Shown: positions 37,495 to 44,709, numbered from the stretch's first letter. The stretch is 64,000 nt of DNA from Bacteroidales bacterium (GCA_038325595.1 JBBQJD010000003.1:2528-66527), one strand, 5' to 3'. A program made the numbers and translations. The notes: a model not told the origin generated them from the sequence alone.

Positions 37495-37525
37495 AACCTT
37501 GAACCAGGAACCTGGAATTTGGAAT
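37495..37525. repeat. Inverted partner of the heptamer array
   Basis: AACCTTGAACCAGGAACCTGGAATTTGGAAT. Positions 37495-37517 pair with 37418-37441 (21 of 23, one bulge) across a 53-nt loop. Confidence 0.8.
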
Positions 37526-37532
37526 AATTTCA

Positions 37533-37889
37533 TTACTGTATAAAAGGTATTGCCAGAGGGTATTTAAACAACTCACCTTTTGAAGCTTTTACGCTGGCAA
37601 TAATAATGCATACGATTTTCAAGGCATAGAGCATCATCATTAAAGGTATTCCCACTACAATAAAGATCAAAGGTATTGTAAGAAAAATGTAGAGCAGCAT
37701 TGAAAGCTGGAAGTTTAATGCATTCTTGCCATTGACATATATCCATGCTGATTCATCTTTTCTTGTTAACCAGCAGATCAGTGGCCCGATAATACCTCCG
37801 AAGGGGAAAAAGAAGCCGGCAAAAGCCGAAAGGTGACAAAGCATTGCCCAGTTTCTTTCAGTTTCCGTTAATACTCTGTTCTCTTCCAT
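37533..37889 (-). CDS. DUF4870-family small membrane protein
   Basis: 118 aa; WAMLCHLSAFAGFFFPFGGIIGPLICWL...NGKNALNFQLS signature; 3-4 TM helices. Confidence 0.7.
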   Translation of the reverse strand: MEENRVLTETERNWAMLCHLSAFAGFFFPFGGIIGPLICWLTRKDESAWIYVNGKNALNFQLSMLLYIFLTIPLIFIVVGIPLMMMLYALKIVCIIIASVKASKGELFKYPLAIPFIQ

Positions 37890-38013
37890 GACACTTCGAT
37901 ATTATAAAATACATACTTACGATGATATCTGCCCTAACGGCAGAAGGAAACCACAAATTCTGATTGTGAAGTCCGTTTAAAAGACGGGAAATTTTAACAA
38001 ATGCTGCATAAAC

Positions 38014-38859
38014 TTACTTTGCCAATCGTTTCAGATCAGCAGGTAAAAGACCATTTGGATTATTCTTTTCTATTTTGTGCTGATGATAGTAGTACATATC
38101 CGCGTCGTCAGTTCCTATAAGCATTTTGAAACAAAATCCGGCATTCTGTTCCCCTGCCGGACCAACCATATGCAATACCAATGTATTTTCCGATTTATTT
38201 TCTATGGCTTTAACAATATCTTCTTCAGATACAATCTCAATATTATGAGGATAAATAGCCTTGATTTTGTCGATTGAAGCTATTGAAGGAGACAGATCTT
38301 CCTCCTTGACAAGAATAGTCTTATCCGAAACTTTTGGAATGTTCTTATTATAATACTTAAGATATTTTCTCCCTGTGAGTGATGGATCTTCAGATATCAT
38401 GCGGGCATGCTCCTGCATGAAAGAAAGGATGGCGCCAAGCTTGTAACTGTATTCAAGATCATCCTCCCCTGCGAAGGAAAGGGGAACTGCACATATTTCA
38501 GGCATCAACCCAAGATTATTGGTATTTTTCCCCTGAAGCAGGTTCAGGAAATTGAAGAATGAATTTGATTTATCCTTTTCATAGTTAGTTTGTGTAAGGA
38601 CTATGAATGAATATTCAGGCTTAAGCCTCCGTACATTGAACTCACTGACTGTGATTATCTCATATGGAGTGATTGTCCAGAATTCTTTAACAGCATCCTT
38701 AATAACTGAATTGTAAGTAGATAGCTGATCGTCTTCGAGTACGACACAAGTGGTGGATACAGTAAATTGCCTGATCTCCTCCTTATCAGGAAAAGGGGCC
38801 TGCCCTTTTAACATTACACTTAAAAAAAGTACAAAAAGGGCTGCAAAACATCTCTTCAT
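38014..38859 (-). CDS. Hypothetical secreted protein
   Basis: 281 aa; signal peptide MKRCFAALFVLFLSVMLKGQ; no motif recognised. Starts 10 nt after the upstream gene's stop, so probably co-transcribed. Confidence 0.6.
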   Translation of the reverse strand: MKRCFAALFVLFLSVMLKGQAPFPDKEEIRQFTVSTTCVVLEDDQLSTYNSVIKDAVKEFWTITPYEIITVSEFNVRRLKPEYSFIVLTQTNYEKDKSNSFFNFLNLLQGKNTNNLGLMPEICAVPLSFAGEDDLEYSYKLGAILSFMQEHARMISEDPSLTGRKYLKYYNKNIPKVSDKTILVKEEDLSPSIASIDKIKAIYPHNIEIVSEEDIVKAIENKSENTLVLHMVGPAGEQNAGFCFKMLIGTDDADMYYYHQHKIEKNNPNGLLPADLKRLAK

Positions 38860-38869
38860 AATGGGAATT

Positions 38870-39640
38870 TTAGTTCTGGGGTAAGTACAAAGGATTTTTC
38901 TCGTTAAATTTTCTTATGTATACAAACATAAGTTCTTTTTTCTTCTTTCTGGAGAGTTGAACATATTCATCATAAAGCTGAGTATCCTTCATCAGGAGTA
39001 TTTCAGTATTTTCAACATCAAATTCAAGTACTTTACCACTATCAAAATCAATTATATATTGCTTCAATTCAGTGCGGGCCATATTCGACTGCCGGTAAGG
39101 AGAATTATAGTTGTTATAACCATAGGGTGAATAATAACTGCCGTAGCCGTATGGCGAATAGTAAGGATCATAATAGCCATATCCTCCATAAGGCGAATTG
39201 TAATAGCGTGAATCATAGGTTGTTATGTCAGCCACAAAATGACATATATTTCCTACGAAAGTTATCCGGTTGAAATTTTCCTGGATCTGAACGTAAAGTA
39301 CCCCGTTCCTGGAATAACCCCATAAATTAGATTTACCGACCTCTTTCCTGATACCCATATCGTCGTAAAAGTAAATCTTGTCAGATTCAAAGATCTTTTT
39401 AAAAAATTCCCTGTCATTATAATCAACAGACGTCAGAAGCTTGGATTTTGGTATCGGTTTATTTGCTTTTACCTGATCAAAATTGAGATATATACCATCA
39501 TTGAACCTGAAATCTGTCGTAAAACGTACCATTCCTTCCTTCTCCAGCCCCGTTGTTTCATTTTCCTGACTATAGCAATATGAAAGAATGAAGACTGATA
39601 ATAATGAACTCAGTAAAAACGGTTTAAATATTTTATTCAT
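38870..39640 (-). CDS. Hypothetical secreted protein with Tyr/Gly/Pro/Ser-rich (SPYG) insert
   Basis: Track ORF 38870..39685 trimmed to MNKIFKPFLLSSLLSVFILSYCYSQ (signal peptide); 39655 is an alternative start. The TAnnTTTG box at 39683-39690 overlaps the track ORF start, favouring an internal start. Confidence 0.6.
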   Translation of the reverse strand: MNKIFKPFLLSSLLSVFILSYCYSQENETTGLEKEGMVRFTTDFRFNDGIYLNFDQVKANKPIPKSKLLTSVDYNDREFFKKIFESDKIYFYDDMGIRKEVGKSNLWGYSRNGVLYVQIQENFNRITFVGNICHFVADITTYDSRYYNSPYGGYGYYDPYYSPYGYGSYYSPYGYNNYNSPYRQSNMARTELKQYIIDFDSGKVLEFDVENTEILLMKDTQLYDEYVQLSRKKKKELMFVYIRKFNEKNPLYLPQN

Positions 39641-39682
39641 ATCAAATGTTTTCATTTCAAGTTCAAATATCGTTCCAATCTG

Positions 39683-39690
39683 CAAATTTA
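39683..39690 (-). promoter_or_regulatory. Candidate -7 promoter box TAAATTTG
   Basis: Plus strand CAAATTTA; 27 or 42 nt upstream of the candidate ATGs at 39655 and 39640. Confidence 0.4.
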
Positions 39691-39778
39691 GCGTTTTCCT
39701 GTGAAGGTTGATAATTTAGGTAAATGTATATTTATTCCTTAATTTAATTAAATTTACAAACCTTGAAAATATCGATTT

Positions 39779-41122
39779 ATGATCAATAAATCCGGAAAAA
39801 ACAATAATAATACGGGTATATCTTTGTCTGAAGAACTTTTCGTTAACAGCAGAAAGAAAACAGAGACCTATTCCATTATCATGCTTTTCTGTCTTATTGC
39901 AGCAGTATTGCTTATTACTTTTGATCAGAAACTTCTGGCCGGAATTCTTATTATTGCCGGTGCCTGCCTGGGAATAATCATTTTCAGAAAGACATCAGAG
40001 CTGAATAAGAAGATTAAGGAATCCCTAATTGATTTCGTATCAGTCAACGAAAGAAAAGATGATGTAATTACCGATTTCTCTCACAGAATGAGGGAGCCGC
40101 TGAACAACCTGGTCATCATCACTGATCTGCTTCTTGAATCGGGACTAACAAAGAAGCAAAGAGATCTGCTTGATACTTCAATAGCTTCAACAAATAACAT
40201 GGTTACTTCTGTTAATGAATTAACAATGCAGTCGGCCTGGAATCTGATGTATGAACACCGTAAATCCATCAGGTTCAATTTACTCTCAGCAATTCAAAAT
40301 ACAATAGAGCTCTATAACCTTAAGGACAAAGCCAATATTGAATTTATCCTGAATAGTAAAGAACTCGCTGATTTTGAATGTTTCGGCGATCCAATAATTC
40401 TTAAGCAGATCTTCCTTGATCTGTTCAACACAATCGAAAACCATATATCCGAAAGAGCAATCAAAGTTACCATCAGTCTGAAAAAGGAAAGAGAATCTGT
40501 GACCGAGACTTTGATATTAATGCGGATACAAACCGATGAAAGAATTGTACTTATAAATGAAGCAGGAGAACAAAATCTGGCAGCCCGTTTTATTTCAACG
40601 GCAAAAGGTACATTCAGCCAGGAGTTTGGAAACAGCTATACAATATTAAACATTTTGTTTCCGTTTAAGAATATAATTTCAGAAACAAAGATCAAAACCG
40701 CATCTCCAAAATTTGAAGAACTAACCCGGAAAGAAAAACCACCAAAAGAGATGAAAAACCTAAAAATCCTGCTTGTTGAAGACAATCTGATTAACCAGAA
40801 AATTACTCTCCTCACCCTGATGCCCCTTGTAAACAGCATTGAAACGGCCAATAACGGGAAGGAGGCTCTTGATAAATTCGGAATGACCAACTATGATCTC
40901 ATCCTGATGGATATTCAAATGCCGGTTATGAGCGGTCTGATAGCTGCTGAGAAGATAAGGGCGCTTGAATCCTCGACTAATTCACATGTACCCATTATTG
41001 CCATAACAGCAAACGCGATGATCGGCGATAAAGAAAAGTGCATGTCAGCCGGGATCGATGATTATATCAGCAAACCTTTCCAGCCCTCTGCATTAATTGA
41101 AAAAATAAAGAACATCATTTAG
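39779..41122 (+). CDS. Hybrid sensor histidine kinase / response regulator with degenerate ATP-binding domain
   Basis: 447 aa; two N-terminal TM helices; H-box DFSHRMREPLN (His codon 40082-40084); weak N-box, no DxGxG or GxGxG boxes; C-terminal REC domain (KILLVEDN..., DLILMDIQMP, ITANAM, KP). Confidence 0.8.
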   Translation: MINKSGKNNNNTGISLSEELFVNSRKKTETYSIIMLFCLIAAVLLITFDQKLLAGILIIAGACLGIIIFRKTSELNKKIKESLIDFVSVNERKDDVITDFSHRMREPLNNLVIITDLLLESGLTKKQRDLLDTSIASTNNMVTSVNELTMQSAWNLMYEHRKSIRFNLLSAIQNTIELYNLKDKANIEFILNSKELADFECFGDPIILKQIFLDLFNTIENHISERAIKVTISLKKERESVTETLILMRIQTDERIVLINEAGEQNLAARFISTAKGTFSQEFGNSYTILNILFPFKNIISETKIKTASPKFEELTRKEKPPKEMKNLKILLVEDNLINQKITLLTLMPLVNSIETANNGKEALDKFGMTNYDLILMDIQMPVMSGLIAAEKIRALESSTNSHVPIIAITANAMIGDKEKCMSAGIDDYISKPFQPSALIEKIKNII

Positions 41123-42167
41123 GTTCTGAATTCCCCAGAGGCCTGAATCCTATAACCATTATATCATCTACCTGGCTGTTCTGACCCATCCATGTCTTCA
41201 GATTTTCATCAAGGATTGATTTCTGATCGTTTACCTGGAACTGATGAATAGTTAAAAGGAGGTACCTGAATCTGCGGTACATAAATTTCTTGTTTTCTGA
41301 TCCACCGAATTGATCAATATATCCATCTGAGAAAATATATAAAATATCTTTCTCAAAAAGGTCAATCTCATGATCTTCATAGGATTTGCCTTCCGGATTC
41401 ATTCCTATTATGATCTTATCTCCTTTTATTTCCGTGAGTGTATTATCGCGGATCAGGTAAAGAGGGAAAAATGCTCCGGCATAAGAAATTTTTCTGGTTT
41501 TCTTGTTTATCACACAAAGACCGACATCCATACCATCGCGAATGATGGTGCCGATATTTTTCTCCCTGCTGAATGTTTTTTCCAGTCCTTTATTCAGAAC
41601 GGCAAGTATACTCGAAGGAGTCTCTATATTATCGGTATTGATTGCCTTTTCTATAATCTCGATACCGATCATTGACATCAAAGCGCCGGGAACTCCATGA
41701 CCTGTGCAATCTGCTGCAACAACAAAAACTTTGTCACCTTTCTCCCCTATCCAGTAAAAATCGCCGCTTACAATATCTTTTGGCTTGAACAGAATAAAGG
41801 AATCCCTGAAATGTTTTCTGAAGTATGCTTCTGACGGTAACATGGCTTCCTGTATCCTCTGGGCGTAATTGAGGCTGTCAGTCATGTTCTTGTCTTTAAA
41901 TTCAAGTTCGATTTTCTGTCTTTCAATAAGATTTATGGCTTCTTCTTTTTCTTTAAGCAGCTTTCTGATCCTTGTCAGCTTTCGTGCCTGGAACATAACA
42001 AGCAGATATGAAAAAGAAAAGATGAGGGCACTATAGAGAATGAAACGATAAGGTGATGACAAAGGGTCTGGTATGCCAGTATCATCCACACTGTTCATGG
42101 CCCTACTCCATCCTGTGTCAACCAGATATAAATATGTAAGATAAATGACTTTCATCAGAGTATACAA
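41115..42167 (-). CDS. PP2C-family (SpoIIE-type) protein serine/threonine phosphatase, membrane-anchored
   Basis: 350 aa; TM plus coiled-coil N-terminus; IQEAMLP, SGDFYW, VAADCTGHGVPGALMS, FSDGYIDQFG, DDIMVIGF. Confidence 0.85.
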   Translation of the reverse strand: MYTLMKVIYLTYLYLVDTGWSRAMNSVDDTGIPDPLSSPYRFILYSALIFSFSYLLVMFQARKLTRIRKLLKEKEEAINLIERQKIELEFKDKNMTDSLNYAQRIQEAMLPSEAYFRKHFRDSFILFKPKDIVSGDFYWIGEKGDKVFVVAADCTGHGVPGALMSMIGIEIIEKAINTDNIETPSSILAVLNKGLEKTFSREKNIGTIIRDGMDVGLCVINKKTRKISYAGAFFPLYLIRDNTLTEIKGDKIIIGMNPEGKSYEDHEIDLFEKDILYIFSDGYIDQFGGSENKKFMYRRFRYLLLTIHQFQVNDQKSILDENLKTWMGQNSQVDDIMVIGFRPLGNSEPK

Positions 42168-42214
42168 ATCTATACTAATTTCCCTTACATATTCTCCGGT
42201 AGTTTTTTAAATTA

Positions 42215-44116
42215 TCAATGAGTTTCAATAATGACTTCATCATTCCCGTTACGCTTTAATCTGCTGTATTTTAGCGATGGTGAAGTAACAAATTGACCTA
42301 ACTCCATGGATTCCCATTTCTGATCTATTGATGAAATTGTTTTCTGGTCAGAACAAACAATATTAGGCCATTTACGTGTAAAACCACCTTTTCTGTAGGC
42401 TTTGGATGTTCCATCAATAAATAATGTCAGATCGGAAATAAATTCATGATCGCGCTGTGGATCAGTATTTCCAAGCAGTTGCCAGGCAACCATATACAGG
42501 TCATCAGGGTCAACTCCAAAGTCCACAGCAAGTATAAGCCTGAAAACTCCACTCCCGTCATTCTTTCTGAAAAGCGCTTTTACCTTCTCCAGGATATCCG
42601 GATCAGCTACCCTGTCAACTGCAATTATCACCACAGGAATATCATCATTACAAAGTTTCAGGTTATACGCCTTTATCAGGTCCCTGTCAAAGAAATTATA
42701 CAAATCGGATAACAAAGCCGGATGTTTATCGGTTTTTAACAGGGTTCCCTTTCGTTCTTCAGGGTGTTTGATTGTGGCATCAATCCCGAGCTTTCCTCCA
42801 TATGAAAATGTATCAGAGGAGTGATCAAGAACATCAAGCGGTCCATTGCTGAATGTAAGATCTCTCTTAAAATCAGTATTTGAAAATGCATGAGCCGCAA
42901 GCTCCAAGTAATTTCTGATATTGACTTCACCGCTGACAACCAATAGGTATTTTGTAAACATCATTTGTCCGGCACCCGCCAGAGAATTTATAACCTTCAT
43001 GCCCTGACCGGGATACGTTTTACTGATTTTAACAATAATGAGGTTATGGGCCACACCGGCATCGGGCATATGAAAATCTTCAATTTCAGGTTGAATGGCC
43101 ATTTTTACGGGAGAGAGGAAGATTTTTTCCGTGGCTTTGGCAAGCCAGACATCTTCCTGAGGAGGAATCCCTACCACTGTAGCCGGGAAAACGGCTTTTT
43201 TAGAATGCGTTATGCAGGTTATATGAAATTTTGGGTACCAGTCAGCAAGAGAATAGAATCCGGTATGGTCTCCGAATGGTCCTTCCCATACCAGCTCTTC
43301 AGCAGGATCGACATAGCCTTCAAGAACTATATCTGCATCTGAAGGAACAAACAGTTCATTTGTGACACATTTTACCATCTTAACCTTTTTTTGACGGAGA
43401 AAGCCGGCAAGAATATATTCGTTCAGATTTTCCGGCAAAGGAGCAGTTGCAGAATAAGCATAAACCGGATCTCCTCCCAATGCGACTGTTACCGGCATTT
43501 TTCTTCCAGCTTTCTTCCAGGCTTCAAAGTGGTTCGCTCCTGTTTTATGCCTCTGCCAGTGCATGGCTGTGGTATTTTTGTCGAGTATCTGCATCCGGTA
43601 CATGCCTACGTTGGCCTTTCCTGTTTCAGGATGAACAGTATGCACCATTGGAAGCGTTATGAAGCGTCCGCCATCATGAGGCCAGCATTTCAGAACAGGA
43701 AGTATGTCAAGATCCGGATTTGTATGAATAACTTGCTGGCACAGACCTTTCCTCCGGCTGTACGAAGGCAGAAATCCTGCCAGCCTGAACAATCCAGGCA
43801 AAGCAGCTATCTTTTCAAAAAGAGTGGTTCTGTTTGAAGAAAGGTTGTTGAATATGGTTTGAATCTCGTCTTCAAATCCATTAAGATTGTCTCTCCCAAG
43901 AGCCAAAGACATTCTTTCATCTGATCCAAAGGCGTTTATCAGAACCGGGAAAGAGGTACCTGTGTCTTCAAACAATAATGCTTTTCCCCCCGATTTGGTA
44001 ATTCTGTCAGCAATTTCTGCTATTTCAAGAACAGGATCAACAAACACTTTTATTCTCCGGAGTTCATTTCTTTCCTCCAGAACGGCAATAAAATCATTAA
44101 GTCCCGAATAAGCCAT
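42215..44116 (-). CDS. UbiD-family decarboxylase (menaquinone-biosynthesis decarboxylase type)
   Basis: Track ORF 42215..44218 trimmed to MAYSGLNDFIAVLEERNELRRI. GMYRMQ, WQRHKTGA and GPFGDHTGFY motifs. The TAnnTTTG box at 44137-44144 lies inside the discarded extension. Confidence 0.85.
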   Translation of the reverse strand: MAYSGLNDFIAVLEERNELRRIKVFVDPVLEIAEIADRITKSGGKALLFEDTGTSFPVLINAFGSDERMSLALGRDNLNGFEDEIQTIFNNLSSNRTTLFEKIAALPGLFRLAGFLPSYSRRKGLCQQVIHTNPDLDILPVLKCWPHDGGRFITLPMVHTVHPETGKANVGMYRMQILDKNTTAMHWQRHKTGANHFEAWKKAGRKMPVTVALGGDPVYAYSATAPLPENLNEYILAGFLRQKKVKMVKCVTNELFVPSDADIVLEGYVDPAEELVWEGPFGDHTGFYSLADWYPKFHITCITHSKKAVFPATVVGIPPQEDVWLAKATEKIFLSPVKMAIQPEIEDFHMPDAGVAHNLIIVKISKTYPGQGMKVINSLAGAGQMMFTKYLLVVSGEVNIRNYLELAAHAFSNTDFKRDLTFSNGPLDVLDHSSDTFSYGGKLGIDATIKHPEERKGTLLKTDKHPALLSDLYNFFDRDLIKAYNLKLCNDDIPVVIIAVDRVADPDILEKVKALFRKNDGSGVFRLILAVDFGVDPDDLYMVAWQLLGNTDPQRDHEFISDLTLFIDGTSKAYRKGGFTRKWPNIVCSDQKTISSIDQKWESMELGQFVTSPSLKYSRLKRNGNDEVIIETH

Positions 44117-44136
44117 ATTAATATTAAGGTTATGAG

Positions 44137-44144
44137 CAAAGATA
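44137..44144 (-). promoter_or_regulatory. Candidate -7 promoter box TATCTTTG
   Basis: Plus strand CAAAGATA; 20 nt upstream of the ATG at 44116. Confidence 0.45.
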
Positions 44145-44222
44145 TTCAATAACCTGACATAAAAATTAGCAGTTTGTAAAATGGATAAGAAGGTATGATT
44201 GGGGAGGTATAAAAACAATAAT

Positions 44223-44249
44223 GGGAACTATTCACTAGGAGTAGTTCCC
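44223..44249 (-). terminator. Candidate intrinsic terminator of the orphan unit
   Basis: Stem GGGAACTA / TAGTTCCC (extendable by 2 bp past a mismatch); on the minus strand followed by ATTATTGTTTTTATA. Confidence 0.6.
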
Positions 44250-44296
44250 ATTCACCGTTTTCAACCGAAGTTGCAAACAATGTCAGATTACTGTTA

Positions 44297-44561
44297 TTAT
44301 GACCGGCTGCAAATCAAACCGAAATCTTTTTCGCAACCTTTGGCTTTCGGGCTGTGCCATTTAAGGCATAACCTTCCGGCTGTCCTTTCATCCGTTTTAA
44401 GGCGGATTTCCGGGACGAAGTGTCTCAGGCTCTATGCTCATTTCCCTGAGGATATGGCTTAGATTCAGATTAACTCCGGGCCGAAGCCTTTCATAATTTC
44501 TGAAGCCTTTTGAACTTAAATCATTGAAAGAACTTTTACATTCATCAGTGATCTGAACCAT
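44297..44561 (-). pseudogene. Possible decayed A-type Fe-S carrier (IscA/HesB/ErpA-like) gene: one frameshift, conserved Cys ligands missing
   Basis: 54-codon ORF 44397-44561: MVQITDECKSSFNDLSSKGFRNYERLRPGVNLNLSHILREMSIEPETLRPGNPP*. The +1 frame continues ..HFVPEIRLKTDERTAGRLCLKWHSPKAKGCEKDFGLICSRS* to 44297. By eye it parallels IscA blocks (I-T-x-S/T-D, LRxGV, EP, V/I-K/R-x-x-x-D, NPNA..CGCGESF) but lacks GCSG and CGC. Confidence 0.4.
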
Positions 44562-44701
44562 CAGATCGAAATCCTCTGATTCATACTTCAGCTCTACGGT
44601 GCGCAGACCCGGGGGTCTGAACGAAACGAATCATGTTTCATTTAAGTAACGCTTTCCGTCTCCACATCTTCGAGCAGTCTTTTATCGCTCATCTGATGAA
44701 A

Positions 44702-44709
44702 CAAAGATA
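44702..44709 (-). promoter_or_regulatory. Candidate -7 promoter box TATCTTTG with TTG 19 nt upstream
   Basis: Minus strand reads cTTGtttttagaaaaatgtgttgTATCTTTGtttcatc. The 8-mer is identical to the UbiD-family gene box. Confidence 0.45.

Noticed and set aside
37418-37517. The heptamer hairpin as the intrinsic terminator of the DUF4870 gene
   Set aside because: On the minus strand the stem is followed by further CCTGGAA repeats rather than a U-tract. It may still pause or terminate transcription, but it is not a canonical terminator.
43391-43837. 148-aa plus-strand ORF, plus neighbours 42965..43342 and 43887..44111
   Set aside because: All are antisense to the UbiD-family CDS, which has clear family motifs.
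44199-44462. 87-aa plus-strand ORF
   Set aside because: Runs across the minus-strand terminator hairpin and antisense to the IscA-like remnant. No motif, and no promoter box upstream.
44683-44697. CTGATGA on the plus strand and CAGATGAGC...GCTCGAAG on the minus strand, resembling a hammerhead ribozyme core
   Set aside because: The motif comes from a near-palindrome (TCATCWGATGA). On the minus strand the conserved U4 is an A. On the plus strand no stem II or GAAA follows.
44210-44700. Possibility that the orphan unit is RNase P RNA, tmRNA or SRP RNA
   Set aside because: I looked on both strands for GAGGAAAGTCC and ACAGAA..GGCTTA (RNase P), for a tRNA-like GGTTCRAnTCC..CCACCA end or tag ORF (tmRNA), and for GGTCCGGAAGGAAGCAGC (SRP). 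Only a partial CCGGAAGG was present. A covariance-model scan is still needed.
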